The notes under the pieces were generated by a model, which worked only from the letters and a program-made list of their open reading frames with translations, searched no databases and was not told the origin of the DNA. A stretch of 62,000 bases of DNA. It comes from Wallemia ichthyophaga EXF-994. Lineage: Eukaryota > Fungi > Basidiomycota. This document shows positions 12,801 to 24,378 of the stretch, piece by piece. The stretch is taken from contig NW_008806283.1 of assembly GCF_000400465.1 (NCBI RefSeq), positions 20,001-82,000 on the forward strand, in the 5' to 3' direction. How positions within the stretch are numbered: the first letter of the stretch is position 1; each line of letters starts with the position of its first letter. The translations under genes were made by a program, and so were the position numbers.

Positions 12801-12990
12801 CATCTCCGACCCCTCGGACGAACAGATTGTCCTCGCTCTCAGACAGTACCTCGCTACTACTCCCCTCATGCAGGTCACGAAACGCACCGCAAGAGATCAT
12901 GTAGCTAAGCGCTTCCCTAATGCCGACGTGGAGGCTAGGAGAGACACTATCAATCACTCTATTGACGCTATTCTCGAAGGTAGAATTTGA
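6837..12990 (+). CDS. Chitin synthase with N-terminal myosin-motor-like domain (class V/VII), cytochrome-b5-like region and C-terminal DEK domain
   Basis: P-loop [23 protein letters not shown]2 motifs [31 protein letters not shown]-like end. Introns 7160-7212, 9888-9942, 10704-10755 and 11932-12006 join the track ORFs in frame. Confidence 0.93.
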
Positions 12991-13429
12991 TTTAGGTGTT
13001 ATTAATTACTACACTTTGCACAGAATAATTTAATATTATCATTATAACGGTAAAACAGTAAAAACTCGAACACTCGAACACTTTCGCTCATCATCACTTC
13101 CTGAACAATATTTTCGATCAATTTTACTCCCTCGCACCTTTCTCACGACTTTACTCACTAACTCACGCTTAAAACGAACACTTGATTATTTATATCATGC
13201 ATAGCATTATTCCTTTCTCAGCCACCTCGGTGTTTTTAAGAGTCTAACTAGCCTAATTAGTCTAATAATACTAACCAGTTTAGCTTTAGTTATTTCAGCT
13301 TTATCGTGCAAGTTCAACCCTGCTAACCACTGATGATCTAGAGTTTCACATGTTTCACCAGTACTCCCTTCAGTCTATCCTGCTCATTGAATTCTAAGCA
13401 ATCGAAACCCAATGTAGTAAACGACTAAC

Positions 13430-13760
13430 AGATGGAAGGTTTTATCTCTCAAAAGACCCAAGCTCGTTGTTTATAGTTTGCAATCGCCCACCAACATACA
13501 ATGCCAATCCTTCCATAATCGTCCACGGGATGTAATGGCTTACAATTATGAAGGTTTCCGTATCTGTATTCGTTTTAATTCGTTATAATCCCATTGGAAA
13601 AACTCATAAAGGCGCATCGACGTTTGTTTCACAGTGCCGGAAACGCTTCAACTTATCGTAAAGGTGATGCCTTAGTCTGGTATGAAAGGATGCCAAAACA
13701 GCGCTGCCGCTATAGTTGGATCAATATTAGGGGCACCTCATAGATCAATTTATGCCTTTC
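13430..13760 (+). mobile_element. Degenerate Ty3/Gypsy gag-like relic, copy 1
   Basis: Broken frames read IVCNRPPTYN (13473) and ASTYRKGDALVWYERMP...SWINIRG (13645-13733), resembling the retrotransposon gag pattern A..YL.G.A..W...L....W. Stops and frameshifts present; no pol or LTR seen. Confidence 0.45.
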
Positions 13761-14299
13761 GATAAAAATCAACCTGAGACCTATGGAAGGTAAGCCTTCT
13801 GAATAAGAGCTTTTTACATAATGATGGATTTTGAGAGAAACACAACTAAGAAACGAGGAATAAAAAACTGATATTACAGTGCTTGTATATAAGACTCAAA
13901 CAGTATCTTTATCTTCCTTTTTGCTTAGGAAAATTTGCGCAAATTACATAAAACACTAAGCTACAAAAGACAAGCTACACATGACCTCATTAAAACTTCG
14001 TCTTTTTTATCTCTCTTCGTCATCAAGATGCTTGCTGTTGATGGCGGCTTGTAATTTGCTGTTGGGATGCTCAACAAATCGGATGGGGTGTTTGTGGTGA
14101 GTAATAAAAAGTCCTTGGACCTGTTCGGCATCTCCAGCGCACAATTATGGAGGTAAAAACCAGCTCAAAAAGCCATTCGAGCCAGTAGTGAAAATTTTCA
14201 GACTACTCACTCCTCCTTTCAGTCGAAATATTTCTCTCGTCTTACTTCGAGATATCCGAAATGAAGCGTACGGGACCCAATCCCAAATCATTCAGCTAT

Positions 14300-14740
14300 T
14301 TGCACTGATAGTGTGCAACACTCCGCCCGTATATGATGACGTTCGCCCATTACAAGGTGGTTATAATATAACCGCTGATAACAGCAGCGACAGAACGAAA
14401 TTATACACATTTATTACGCAGATGGACAAGTTTATGATCTTCAAGTACGTAAATGACCAGCCTAGCTTTGCAATGGTACGAAGAGCTGCCCGAGTCGGTC
14501 AGAACGCAAGATTACTTCTGGGTGAAGATGAGAGGTAAAATGATGAATCGCTTCACGTTGTTTGACATTGGTACCAGACCTTCTGCTTGGAAGAAACGTC
14601 TACTTAACAGGAAATTTAACGTTGATGGCTCGTTGCTTGACACAGTATCAGAAACAAGGGATGAGCACTATACATTCGTTCCCAGGCATAGGCAAACAGA
14701 GTTTGCAAGTTGTTTCATCCAATACTGTAGCTTGTCTTAA
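14300..14740 (+). mobile_element. Degenerate Ty3/Gypsy gag-like relic, copy 2
   Basis: IVCNTPPVYD (14308), KLYTFITQMDKF, then in a shifted frame LALQWYEELP...FWVKMRGKMMNRF; homologous to copy 1. Confidence 0.45.
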
Positions 14741-14798
14741 GTTTTTTTTTTTTTCTCTGTTGATGTTCTTATTAAAGTGTATGAATACATGGTAAATC

Positions 14799-16267
14799 CT
14801 ATAAACGCTGAATATTGACCCCAAACAACATCCCTGCTCTCCTCAAAAGTGAAATTATGACGTAAGCAACAACAAGCTGCAGGGTGTAGAGCACCTTCCT
14901 CACCCAACTTTCATTCTCCTCTTCATTGTAATGCTTGATGTCGAGAGCGTATGTGATCTCCAAATCGTCAGTGTCACGCGAGTCAGTGACAGTCCACTCG
15001 CGCATAAATTCATCCTCCAGCTCACTCAGCTCCTCTATAAGGTTTGAGTTTTTCTCTATAGCTGCAATCACAGGCTCAGCGAGATCTGGTGAGCCCAAGA
15101 GTACGCTAGAGTGAATACGCTCTGTACCGCCTTCGATTAGCTTTGGCTTGCGCTTCACTGGCATTAAGGTTGTTAATTTGGATGTGTAGGGGTTGTGTGG
15201 TGGCTGGATTGCGTATCTGAATACAGGCATCGCGAGCTGTTCCATCAACACCTCTTTATTGAGAGAAATTAGTGGGTTTATTTGACTCTATGAAGGTGTT
15301 AGTTTCTGTTTATGCTATATACCCGTACTATGCTCACAGCGATCCACATTCTGCTTATATCAGATAATTCTTTCATCGAGTATGATCCGCCAATATCACC
15401 ACTACTGCCTGTGAACCATACTTGCTTGCATTTCTGACCCATATCTTCACTCCCCCTCAACAACTCCAGCCGGAGTTCGCGCTGATTGGCGCGGTTTTCG
15501 TTGAGAGCCATAGCGTGATAGCAGTGTTGGATGCGTTGGCCGAGGAGCGCATCCGGAAGACCGAAGTAGCTTTCTGGCCGGGTTATAATGGAATTGAATT
15601 TGGAAGTGATGCTGTTTGTTCATGAGATATGAACTCGAACATTGAGTTCAACCCACCCTGGCAGACTCGGGGAGGGTTTCACAGTGCAATCAAACAGTGC
15701 TAAGCATCTGATTACCGTTGAGTTAGACTGGAGTAAGACGAAATCCTCAACGACCCACTTTATGATAAATTGTTGCTCCAGGTGGCGTGTATTGGATGGT
15801 GATGATAGCAGCCATGGCTTGAGCACCTCCTCAGCCTCTGAGGCCACCTTCCCACCCCTCTTGCGCTCAAAGAAGGCCTTTAAAATTGGGAAAAAGCGTC
15901 TGAGCTGGTCTCGCGGAAGAATGCCAATTTCGTTGATAACAGCGGCGAGAATGCGAGCAACATATGCACCTTTGCTATATCCTAAAAGAAAGATCTCATC
16001 TTTGCCGTCTTCACTGTAATTCATGCAGAGAAATGCATAGAGCTCGAATAAGCAATTTGAGAAGGATTGATAAGCTACTCCGAGGAGCTGTGAGAGGAGA
16101 GAGGAGCTGAAGTGAGCCGTTCTATATTGGGCATATTGCATTACTGATGGCTGAGTGCGTTTATCGATTGTCTCAATTGATCGGAGAAGGTGGACAATGT
16201 TGGAATGATTGGGTGTGCTGGTGGAGTCATCCCAGGACCCATCTATACATACAATAAGCCTGTGCAT
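14799..16267 (-). CDS. DUF2235 (Tle1-like alpha/beta hydrolase) protein with degenerate catalytic His motif
   Basis: RLIVCIDGSW, LGYSKGAY, ALFDCTV, HAMALNENR, QVWFTGSSGDIGG. Three short GT-AG introns link track ORFs 15620-16306, 15299-15511 and 14799-15251 (TERIHSSV-type tail). Confidence 0.8.
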
Positions 16268-16871
16268 TTGGTGGCAGTGGGTTATAAGGGAGTGTATGAT
16301 ATTCATACGCGTTTGAGAGGATTGCGCCGGATTTAGAAAGTTAATTTCATAATTTAGAAGAGATTTACTGTATAATTTAAATGCAGCTCACAATAACAGG
16401 TGTTGCTTAGAATTTATCCCACTCGGCAGTCAATACTCAAGGTAGTGATGACAGTGAAAATATTCAGAATACCCTAAACGACTTCTCTAATCTCCAAAAT
16501 CTTGTTCATTTGGTGTAAAAGTGTGACAACAGTAGCCACGTTAGAATGTCTTGGACCGCTCCAGGACACTCTCTCATATCTTACTTTTGAGATCAAAACG
16601 AGCTGTACCTCTGGTATGCTGTATGGCTTGCATTCCATTCTAATTGGAAGAGTATTCGAAGTAGTCAAAGAACTTTATAGCGTGTTTAATGTAATATAAG
16701 TTTTCAGTTTTTACGAGTAATCAAAATTTCACCAAGAGTTAGTGAGGAATGGTTGTTATTTATGAGGGTGATTCACTGTGTTGCTTTAGGGGGTAAGATC
16801 CATTCAACAGAGAATCAAAAAGCTAGTCAACCAATTTGATCATATGCTCACACACTCTAATCAGCACGCTC

Positions 16872-18012
16872 ATGTTTTACCCAAACAAAGAAATCGCGAT
16901 CGACGGAGAGAATTTTAAGGACAAGGCAGTCGTAGTGATTGGAGTTAATGCAGGTGTGTCTATGCGTTCAAGCTTAGAAGTAGTCCATTCAACGAGCACA
17001 CGAGCACAGGCTTAGGATTCGCCAATGCAAATACCTAGTCCAAAGAGGCGTAAAGAGGTTAGTGATTGGATTTCGCTCACTCGATAAGGCACATAAAGCG
17101 CGTGACGGGGCTGCTTGAGCTGAATAAGCAGACACACCCCTCATCATCGGTTCAAGTATGGCAAATCGACCTGGCTTCTCTCGATTTAGTAAAAGCGTTC
17201 TGCGATAAATGGCTGGGTCAAGTGGAAGAGCAGAAAGCAATCGATTTAATTTTCGCTAATGCGGGTCTGGCAGCGTTCAGCGCCAACCAATCAACCTGAG
17301 AAGATAGCCTCGGAATGACCTATCAGGTGGCGTTTAAGCTTCTATGCTCTTTTTGACACGTCTCCGGTCAGTATGATGGACTAAGCCACTTCGTTATCAT
17401 ACTCTCCCTCCTCCCCGCTCTCAGCTTGGCAAGTGACCCGCGAGTGGTGATGACTGGAGCGGCGGGGAGCAAGTTGGCCACCATTCCAGATCCACCGTGT
17501 AATAATCCATGCACTCCCCTGAAAGATACATACGCGATTGGATCAACCATCTGGAATGCAGTTCGGTTATATGCTGATACAAAACTGGGTGGGTGTTGAG
17601 AGGTTGATTATAGCTTCTCTAAAGCAACCCAAGTAATTGCAATGATTATTACGTATACAGGAAAGACTCAGAGTGCATCACAATGCTGCGTACAGGAAGA
17701 TTTTTATCGCAGTTTATAATCCAGGCTTGGTGGTGGGTAAGAGATTTCTCCAAGATGTCTTGAATGCTTACAAATGCGTTGTACAAGACAATCATCATCG
17801 ACAAAAGTCAAGACAGCGCTGCGTGGCTTTTCACAGCACCAATCAACTTTATCTTCAACACGTTGGCGATAGACACAGAGAGAGGCATGAGACCGGGACT
17901 GTATCTGGCGAGTACGCCCGCAGAAGCGCTCCCACTTGGCTGCTACTGGAATGAGAATGGCGAGGTGGAGTATGTCAATAACCAGCATGAGGACGAGGAG
18001 TCAAGGAGGTGA
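16872..18012 (+). pseudogene. Short-chain dehydrogenase/reductase (retinol-dehydrogenase/WWOX-like), disrupted
   Basis: VIGVNAGLG Rossmann motif, QIDLASL, DLIFANAG, YADTK (YxxxK). One-base frameshift at about 17030 (gcaaatac) and in-frame TGA at 17297-17299. Confidence 0.7.
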
Positions 18013-18241
18013 GTGAGGAGATTTAGGTGGTGAATGGGAGCTCATCCTGTACAAAGGAGGTGTTATGAGAGGCTGATGCTTGATGGGAAGCTGGAACAAG
18101 ATGTTTTAGCTTTAGAAGAGGATAAGACAACGAGATGATGAATGATGAGATAATGAGATGATGAAACATGCATATATGTAAAACTGAACGTGACATTATG
18201 AGTATTTGACGGATAAGAGCCTGCATTCAGAATGAATTCAG

Positions 18242-18294
18242 CATGTGAAAAAAGCACGTGAAAAAGCACCTGAAAAACACCTGAAAAACACATG
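18242..18294. repeat. Tandem 11-13 bp repeat: five CANNTG boxes separated by A-tracts
   Basis: CATGTG-A6-G-CACGTG-A5-G-CACCTG-A5-CACCTG-A5-CACATG read directly, about 75 bp upstream of ATG 18370. Confidence 0.8.
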
Positions 18295-18369
18295 ATGATG
18301 ACTAAATCAAGTGGGTAAATGTAAAGCCTCAACATACATAAGCGCTTGTATGTGCTATAGTCGATGAGC

Positions 18370-20560
18370 ATGCACATACTCAACAACATACTCATACTCA
18401 TACTCGCCACGACAGCGTCGGCGTGGACGACGAAATACAAGGAATACATCCACAGTCCATCGTCGCGCACAGTAACGCCGCAGAGCGTATATGGGATAGA
18501 GTGAGATATGCGAGCGAGCAAGCGAATAGACTGACAAAGCCATCACAGAGGCAATGTCACCAACCCACTCGGAATTCTCGGGGGTGAGGGCGCCGCAACA
18601 CTTTCAGGGGTGAATAGTACGATAGTAGTAGATTTCGGCTATATCACAGCCGGGCTGCTATCGTTCAACTATACAGCCGATTCGGCGAATCAGACGGTCG
18701 GCGTAGCATTTTCCGAGTCAAGCTACTACGCGACGCAGTCGAGCGACATGTCGATAGGGCTGAATGGGGAGGTAGATGGGTCGTTGCGAGTGGAGCTCAA
18801 TGGGACCAACGGCACGCAAGAGCAGTGGACAGCGGACGATCTGCATCTTCGAGGAGCGTACCGGTATGCGACGCTATTCATGGCCACGCCAGGTACAGTA
18901 GAGGTGAGCGGCCTATCGAACCAATTCACAGCTGCGCCGCAAGTCGATGAGGACAAGCTGCGCGAGTACTCCGGGTATTTCTACAGCGACGACGCGCTCC
19001 TCAACCGCATATGGTATGCCGCCGCATACACGAACCAGCTGTCGACAATCGGCGCGGGGACATCGCGCAACACCACCACCACGCCAACATCCAACTGGAA
19101 CAACAGCGAGCTGATAACTCCACTTTCCCCCTCCGATAGCGTGCTCGTCGACGGCGCTAAACGCGACCGCACTGAGTGGCCAGGCGACTTTGCTACGGCC
19201 ATACCACCCACGTTCCTCGCGAACAACAGGGATGGATTGGGGATGGAAGCGCTGCGCAACTCACTCCGCGCGCTTTATTCGCAGGTCAGCGCCGAGGGCA
19301 TGCTCCCGTACGCAGGGCCACCGCTGCTGAAGGGGCCGCAGTCGTACACGTACCACCTGTGGACGCTGAGTGCGACATACGCGTACTGGAAGCACAGCGG
19401 GGACGATGATTTCGTGAAGGGATTATGGGACGTGTTTGGTCGCGGCGTGGACCTCGCGCTGGAGGATGTGGAGCGGGGCGCAAACAAAACGGGGTTGCTG
19501 GATGTACCCGAAAGCGCTTCGTCGTCGTGGGGACGCAGTCCGACCGCGGGACACGACCTCACTGCGAATGCCAATCTGTACCATGCGCTGGAGTGCGCGG
19601 GGAAGCTGGCGCGCGCTCAACAGGACGGACGAGGCAATGCAGTGGGAAGAGCACATGGAGCCGCTCAGCAACGCTATCAACACCCATCTGTGGGACGAGG
19701 AGACGGGGCTGTATATGGACAACGACACGGAGGCTGGTCACTCGCTCTATCCTCAGGACGGCAATGCTGTAGCTGTGCTGTATGGCGTCGCTGATGCAGA
19801 CAGAGCACAGACAGTGAGCTCGGCATTGAAACAGCGCTGGAATGACCACGGTGCCGTCTCCCCAGAAGGCCTAAGCGCCATCTCGCCCTTCGTGTCGGGA
19901 TTGGAGGTGTCCGCACACGTGCAGGCTGGTGAGTGGCTTGTGTGCTCATTTGCAGTGCTAACACCACAACCACCCGCAGGAAACATAACCAACGCACTCG
20001 AATTGATTAGGCTGGAATGGGGATATATGCTCAGCGCCTTCTCCAACTCGACGCTGATTGAAGGTTTCTACCACGACGGGACACTGCATTACCCGTTCTA
20101 CGGCTCGCTCGACAGCTACATCTCACACGCGCACGCATGGTCGACTACACCACTAGCCACGCTCACGCAGGAGGTGGCTGGGCTGAGAATAGGCGATAAT
20201 CTCACGCGGTGGGAGTACGCGCCGCAGAACACTGACCTCGAGTTTGTAGAGACAGGCTTCGCGGTGCAAGGGGGAGAGATCAGGGCTAGAATGAGAGGCG
20301 GTGGTGGAGTGGTAGCGTATGAGCTGCAGGCGCCTCAAGGGACCAGCGGGTCGATTAGGGTGCCTGTTGCGGACAATGGCACTGTCTCAGTCGACGGAAA
20401 GAGAGCGAATGGTGAACGCGGCAACGGGAAAATGCTGCTGGAGGATATTCAAGGGGACGGACAGGTGATGGAGATTGTGGTGGCTGACATGGGCAATTTT
20501 GCAGCCAATTGGTCTAAGCAGACGGATCCAACGCGGGAGGAGAGTGATGCGTTTGCGTGA
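18370..20560 (+). CDS. Secreted GH78 alpha-L-rhamnosidase-like six-hairpin glycosidase with an internal frameshift (pseudogene or sequence error)
   Basis: Signal peptide MHILNNILILILATTASA; VVDFG, LRGAYRY, VLVDGAKRDRTEWPGD, SHAHAWST. Short intron near 18495-18545 and a 51-nt intron near 19930-19980. Frame changes at (GC)4 19609-19616. Confidence 0.8.
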
Positions 20561-20569
20561 AGGCTGATA

Positions 20570-20668
20570 GTGTAAATGATGAATATAAATGATGAAGAAT
20601 ATAAATGGAATATAAATGATGAATATAAATGGATAAATGGATAAATGGATAAATGGATAAATACATGA
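20570..20668. repeat. Low-complexity tandem repeats (GAATATAAATGA-type and ATGGATAA x4) downstream of the GH78 stop
   Basis: Read directly from the sequence. Confidence 0.7.
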
Positions 20669-20923
20669 AATAGTCCACGCGAGTCAAATTGTATGGCCAC
20701 AGGCTAGCACAGGCAGGAGGAGGAGGAGGAGAGAAATAAAAAGAGTAAAGGTCTAGAGCCCACCTGCTACGCCTAGAAATACAAATTAAGAAAAAAGTTG
20801 GAATTGAAAATATGACGCCTTGTTCAAAAAAACTTTGCCCGATTCACAATTCTTGCTCAGCGACCGTCAAGAAGGTGAGTAGGAATGGTGAATAATTGCG
20901 CATAAATTAAGAAAACCCGTAGA

Positions 20924-21514
20924 ATGCCTGGTGTCAGCCATCAACACAAGTATTCAGAGTATCTCGTCGTTGGACGCAGACTTCCGACCGAAGTCGATCC
21001 AACGCCAAAGCTCTACAGAATGAGAATATTTGCACCAAATGAGGTCGTTGCAAAGTCACGTTTCTGGTACTTTGTTGGACAGTACAGAAAGATGAAGAAG
21101 GGTACTGGTGAGATTGTTTCTCTCAACGTGATCAGCGAGAAGAAGCCACTCAAGCCAAAGAACTTTGGTATCTGGTTGAGATACGATTCACGTTCTGGTA
21201 TCCACAACATGTACAAGGAGTTCCGCGAATTGTCACGTGTTGACGCTGTTCAAGCTCTTTACCAGGACATGGCTGCCAGACACAGAGCTCGTTTCCGTTC
21301 TGTACAAATTCTCCGTGTTGCTGAGATCGAGAAGACTGAGGACATTCGTAGACCGTGAGTTTGGTGTTTGACACTTTAAAACTGAGTACTTAACAACTTT
21401 TACAGATACATCCGTCAACTCCTCACTAAGAACCTCAAGTTCCCACTCCCTCACAACAGAAACAAGAACTACAGATCTTCATTCCAAGCTAAGCGTCCTT
21501 CCACCTTCGCTTAA
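20924..21514 (+). CDS. RPL20: 60S ribosomal protein L20 (eL20/L18a)
   Basis: [43 protein letters not shown]. 5'UTR intron 20875-20922; coding intron near 21355-21406; stop 21514. Confidence 0.96.
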
Positions 21515-21815
21515 GCCATGTGTTTGCGCTGTTGCGGTCAAGGGCAAGTCTTTTGTGAACTGGTTAATATTACTTTGAATCGAATTAGTTTGCAGGGGTT
21601 ATGTTAGTGTGAAGGGTGTGCATTAGAGGTTTAAAGATTTGTGTAACGTGCATTTATGTACTGTTCTGAGACAAGTATGAAAAACTTGAATTTCAAATAT
21701 TATAGCACATTCAATATAAACTCAATCATCACAAAACATGTCTGTAACATATGTATATGGATGTAACAAAAGATAGCAAGCCATAGACAGTCTGCAGAAG
21801 TACACAAGCACCCCG

Positions 21816-22425
21816 TTAAACCTTGAAAGCACGAGACTTACGACGACCACGGGCGATTTCTTCCTTCTTACCCTTGGAGATGGTGTATGGCTTCTTGTGC
21901 TTGTGAGGACCGAAGCCGAAGTGGCGGTTAGCCTCTCTAGCCGTCTTCTTACCACGGAGGAGGATAACGTTTGAGCCAGTTGGAGCTCTAAGGGCGAGTT
22001 GGTCGAGAGTGAGGCATTCACCACCAGCAGCTTCAATACGAGCGCGCGCAGTCTTAGTGAATCTGAGAGCTGCGATTGAGAGCTTAGGAATTTCAAGCAT
22101 ACGGTTGTCATCGGTGACAGGGCCAACGTTGACAATGGTAGCACCTTGCTTGGCTTGTGGGTAGTTCTTGCTCAAGTAAGCCAACTTTGAGATTGAAAGT
22201 GGTGGCTTGTTGACCTTGGACATGAAGAGACGACGGAGAACAACCTTGTTGAACTGGCTGTCTGTGCGGCGTGCAAGGAAGCGGAAGAGACGGACAAGCA
22301 AGAGGAGGTATGGATCCTCGCTCTTTGGCGCTGAACGCTTGCCCGACTTGACGTGGTGACGGCGGATATCAACACCCACTGGATTTTGTTAATCAGAGTG
22401 CTTTACTCTTAATATTCCACTCACT
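21816..22425 (-). CDS. RPL18: 60S ribosomal protein L18 (eL18); start codon split A|TG by intron 22379-22424
   Basis: [10 protein letters not shown]...[10 protein letters not shown]...[14 protein letters not shown]. No contiguous ATG; A(22425) + GTGAGT...CCAG + TG GGT GTT restores Met. Confidence 0.95.
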
Positions 22426-22637
22426 CTTCCTATTTTATGCTTGACAAGGCGAAGAGAGAAGTATGTCAGATTTGCGAGTAGGATGCGAGTTGAAAAAATT
22501 AATATTTATCCTAGGATTTTTAGTAGTGAGGGGGCTTCAAAAAAACAAGGGAATTAAGAATAATTGGCTTGATTTGTTTGTGCCCTGGTTTAGCCATTTG
22601 AACCACCTATCCACCTCACAGCGACTACCATCACCGC

Positions 22638-23867
22638 ATGTCTAAACGCGGCTCAGATACACAGGCACTCACGGCTAAGCGTGTCAGGAGCGATGAAATG
22701 GAGCAGCAACTGGGTTTAGACGAGTCACACACCCACCAAGTTGCTCTCTCCAAGAAGCACGACGACGACAACGCGCTGATTAGAAGCGTACACCGCACAT
22801 CCAAGCTATCGGCGCCTATTATAAAGCTCGATGGGTGTCACACCGGTGAAATAACCTCGGTTAAATTCGACATGACTGGAAACACAATAGTCGCAGCTTC
22901 TGCAGACAAGTCAGTCAGCCTATGGAGGACATACACGGATAATGCAAACTACGGGTACATTCCACATGCACACAAGGATGCTATTACCTCTCTAGTCCTC
23001 TCACATACTTCACCCTCCGATCCACTCATCCTCACCGCCTCAGCTGATTCCACGATTGGTGTGTGGCAGGCTTCGACGGGAAAGCTGGTGAGGAGGCTGA
23101 GAGGGCACAGCGACGTCGTCAACGTACTCGCCGTATCCAGAAACAACCTCCTTGCTAGTGCTGGTGACGATAACAAAGTGTTTATATGGCAATTAGACGG
23201 CGATGACGGTAACGGTGATAGAACACCACCTAAACACCCCGTTCATACCATTACCTGGAACGCTCCCGTTATTGCGCTTGAATGGTCAGACGATGATTCG
23301 ACGCTGTACATTGGCGGGTTGGATAACCAGATACATGTGAGTGTGAAACGCCTAAAATGAGTGTAACTCACCTGACTCACCTTCTCGAGGCTCACAACCT
23401 CTCCTCCCACTCCACACTCTTCTCACTCACCGGTCACACAGACACAGTCACCTTCCTACGCCACTCACCTTGCTCGCAACACCTGATATCCTGCTCGAAT
23501 GACTCGTCAGTGCGTATCTGGGACGTTAAGCCTTTCACAAGCGACCCTACCAGACAATATAGAGTGCTGCACGGTGCTGTGTCCTCGTTCGAGGGTGTGT
23601 ACTCTCAGCCGGCGTGGAGTGCAGATGGAACACGCGTAGCTGTTGGTAGTGCTGACCGCACTGTCACTGTGTGGAATGTAGAATCTGGCGATATCCTTTA
23701 TAAGGTGGGTGTAATGCTTTGTTGCGCGTGTTGCGTTTGCTAACCCTCTGCTATAGCTACCCGGACACACTGGCACCGTTGGCGCTGTCGATATTCACCC
23801 AACCGACCCTGTCATTGTCTCTGGCGGGAAGGATTGCAGGATGTTTCTGGGCGAGTTGATGAGCTGA
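22638..23867 (+). CDS. SNRNP40: U5 snRNP 40 kDa WD40 protein (Spf38/Cwf17-like)
   Basis: WD40 repeats; HTGEITSVKF...VSLWRTY..NANYG, GSADRTVTVW, and after the second intron YKLPGHTGTVGAVDIHPTDPVIVSGGKD...FLGEL. Confidence 0.85.
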
Positions 23868-23937
23868 TGAATGGTGTCTCATGTGGTATACGTGGTATAC
23901 TGCGTACTGTCAACGTCAATGTGAATGTAAATGTAAT

Positions 23938-23969
23938 TTATTGCGTTATTGCGTTATTGCGTTATTGAC
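23938..23969. repeat. (TTATTGCG)x3 plus a partial unit in a convergent 3' region
   Basis: Read directly. Confidence 0.75.
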
Positions 23970-24378
23970 TTGTGCTTTCTACTATTTCTTCTTTCTGCTT
24001 ACATCATCACGTGACTCGAGTGGTGATACGAACAACATGCACTCGAGACATCTGTGTGTGTATGTGTTTTCCTTCTTGTGTACCTCTGCATAATTCTGCG
24101 TACTTTTGTGTCCACTCAACGTCACTTCTACGTACCTTTACCTCTGCAACTTTGGTACACCCAACTTCACTCTCTACTTGCACTTATTCACTCATCTCAT
24201 CTTCAACTTGATCATGTATATGTACTACTTGAGTCTTGTTTCTTGGTCAATCAACAGAAACGGATTAAATATTTTACTTGAATTGAAAAAGCTAGAAAGG
24301 GTGGGTTGGGTTAGTTGGAGATTAACGACTTGTAACAAATTTTCGTTTCTTGCATTTATTCATTTTTCACACTACCAT

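Noticed and set aside
13981-14538. Multi-exon orphan gene using GT-AG pairs 14097-14137 and 14153-14201
   Set aside because: The frames join, but that is likely by chance, branch points are poor, and the downstream part is better explained as a frameshifted gag-like relic.
14799-15251. Stand-alone 150-aa membrane protein
   Set aside because: It splices in frame to the DUF2235 gene and carries that family's C-terminal pattern, so it is treated as the last exon.
19593-19623. 31-nt GT-AG intron that would rescue the rhamnosidase frameshift
   Set aside because: Shorter than any other intron here (41 nt or more), no branch site or pyrimidine tract, and it would delete part of a predicted helix.
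18370-20560. Bacterial horizontal transfer of the GC-rich rhamnosidase
   Set aside because: It has spliceosomal introns and a eukaryotic signal peptide, and other native genes here are similarly GC-rich.
18242-20668. Short tandem repeats as CRISPR-like arrays or a point centromere
   Set aside because: No unique spacers, units too short, eukaryotic context; a lone CACGTG with A-tracts lacks CDEII/CDEIII organisation.
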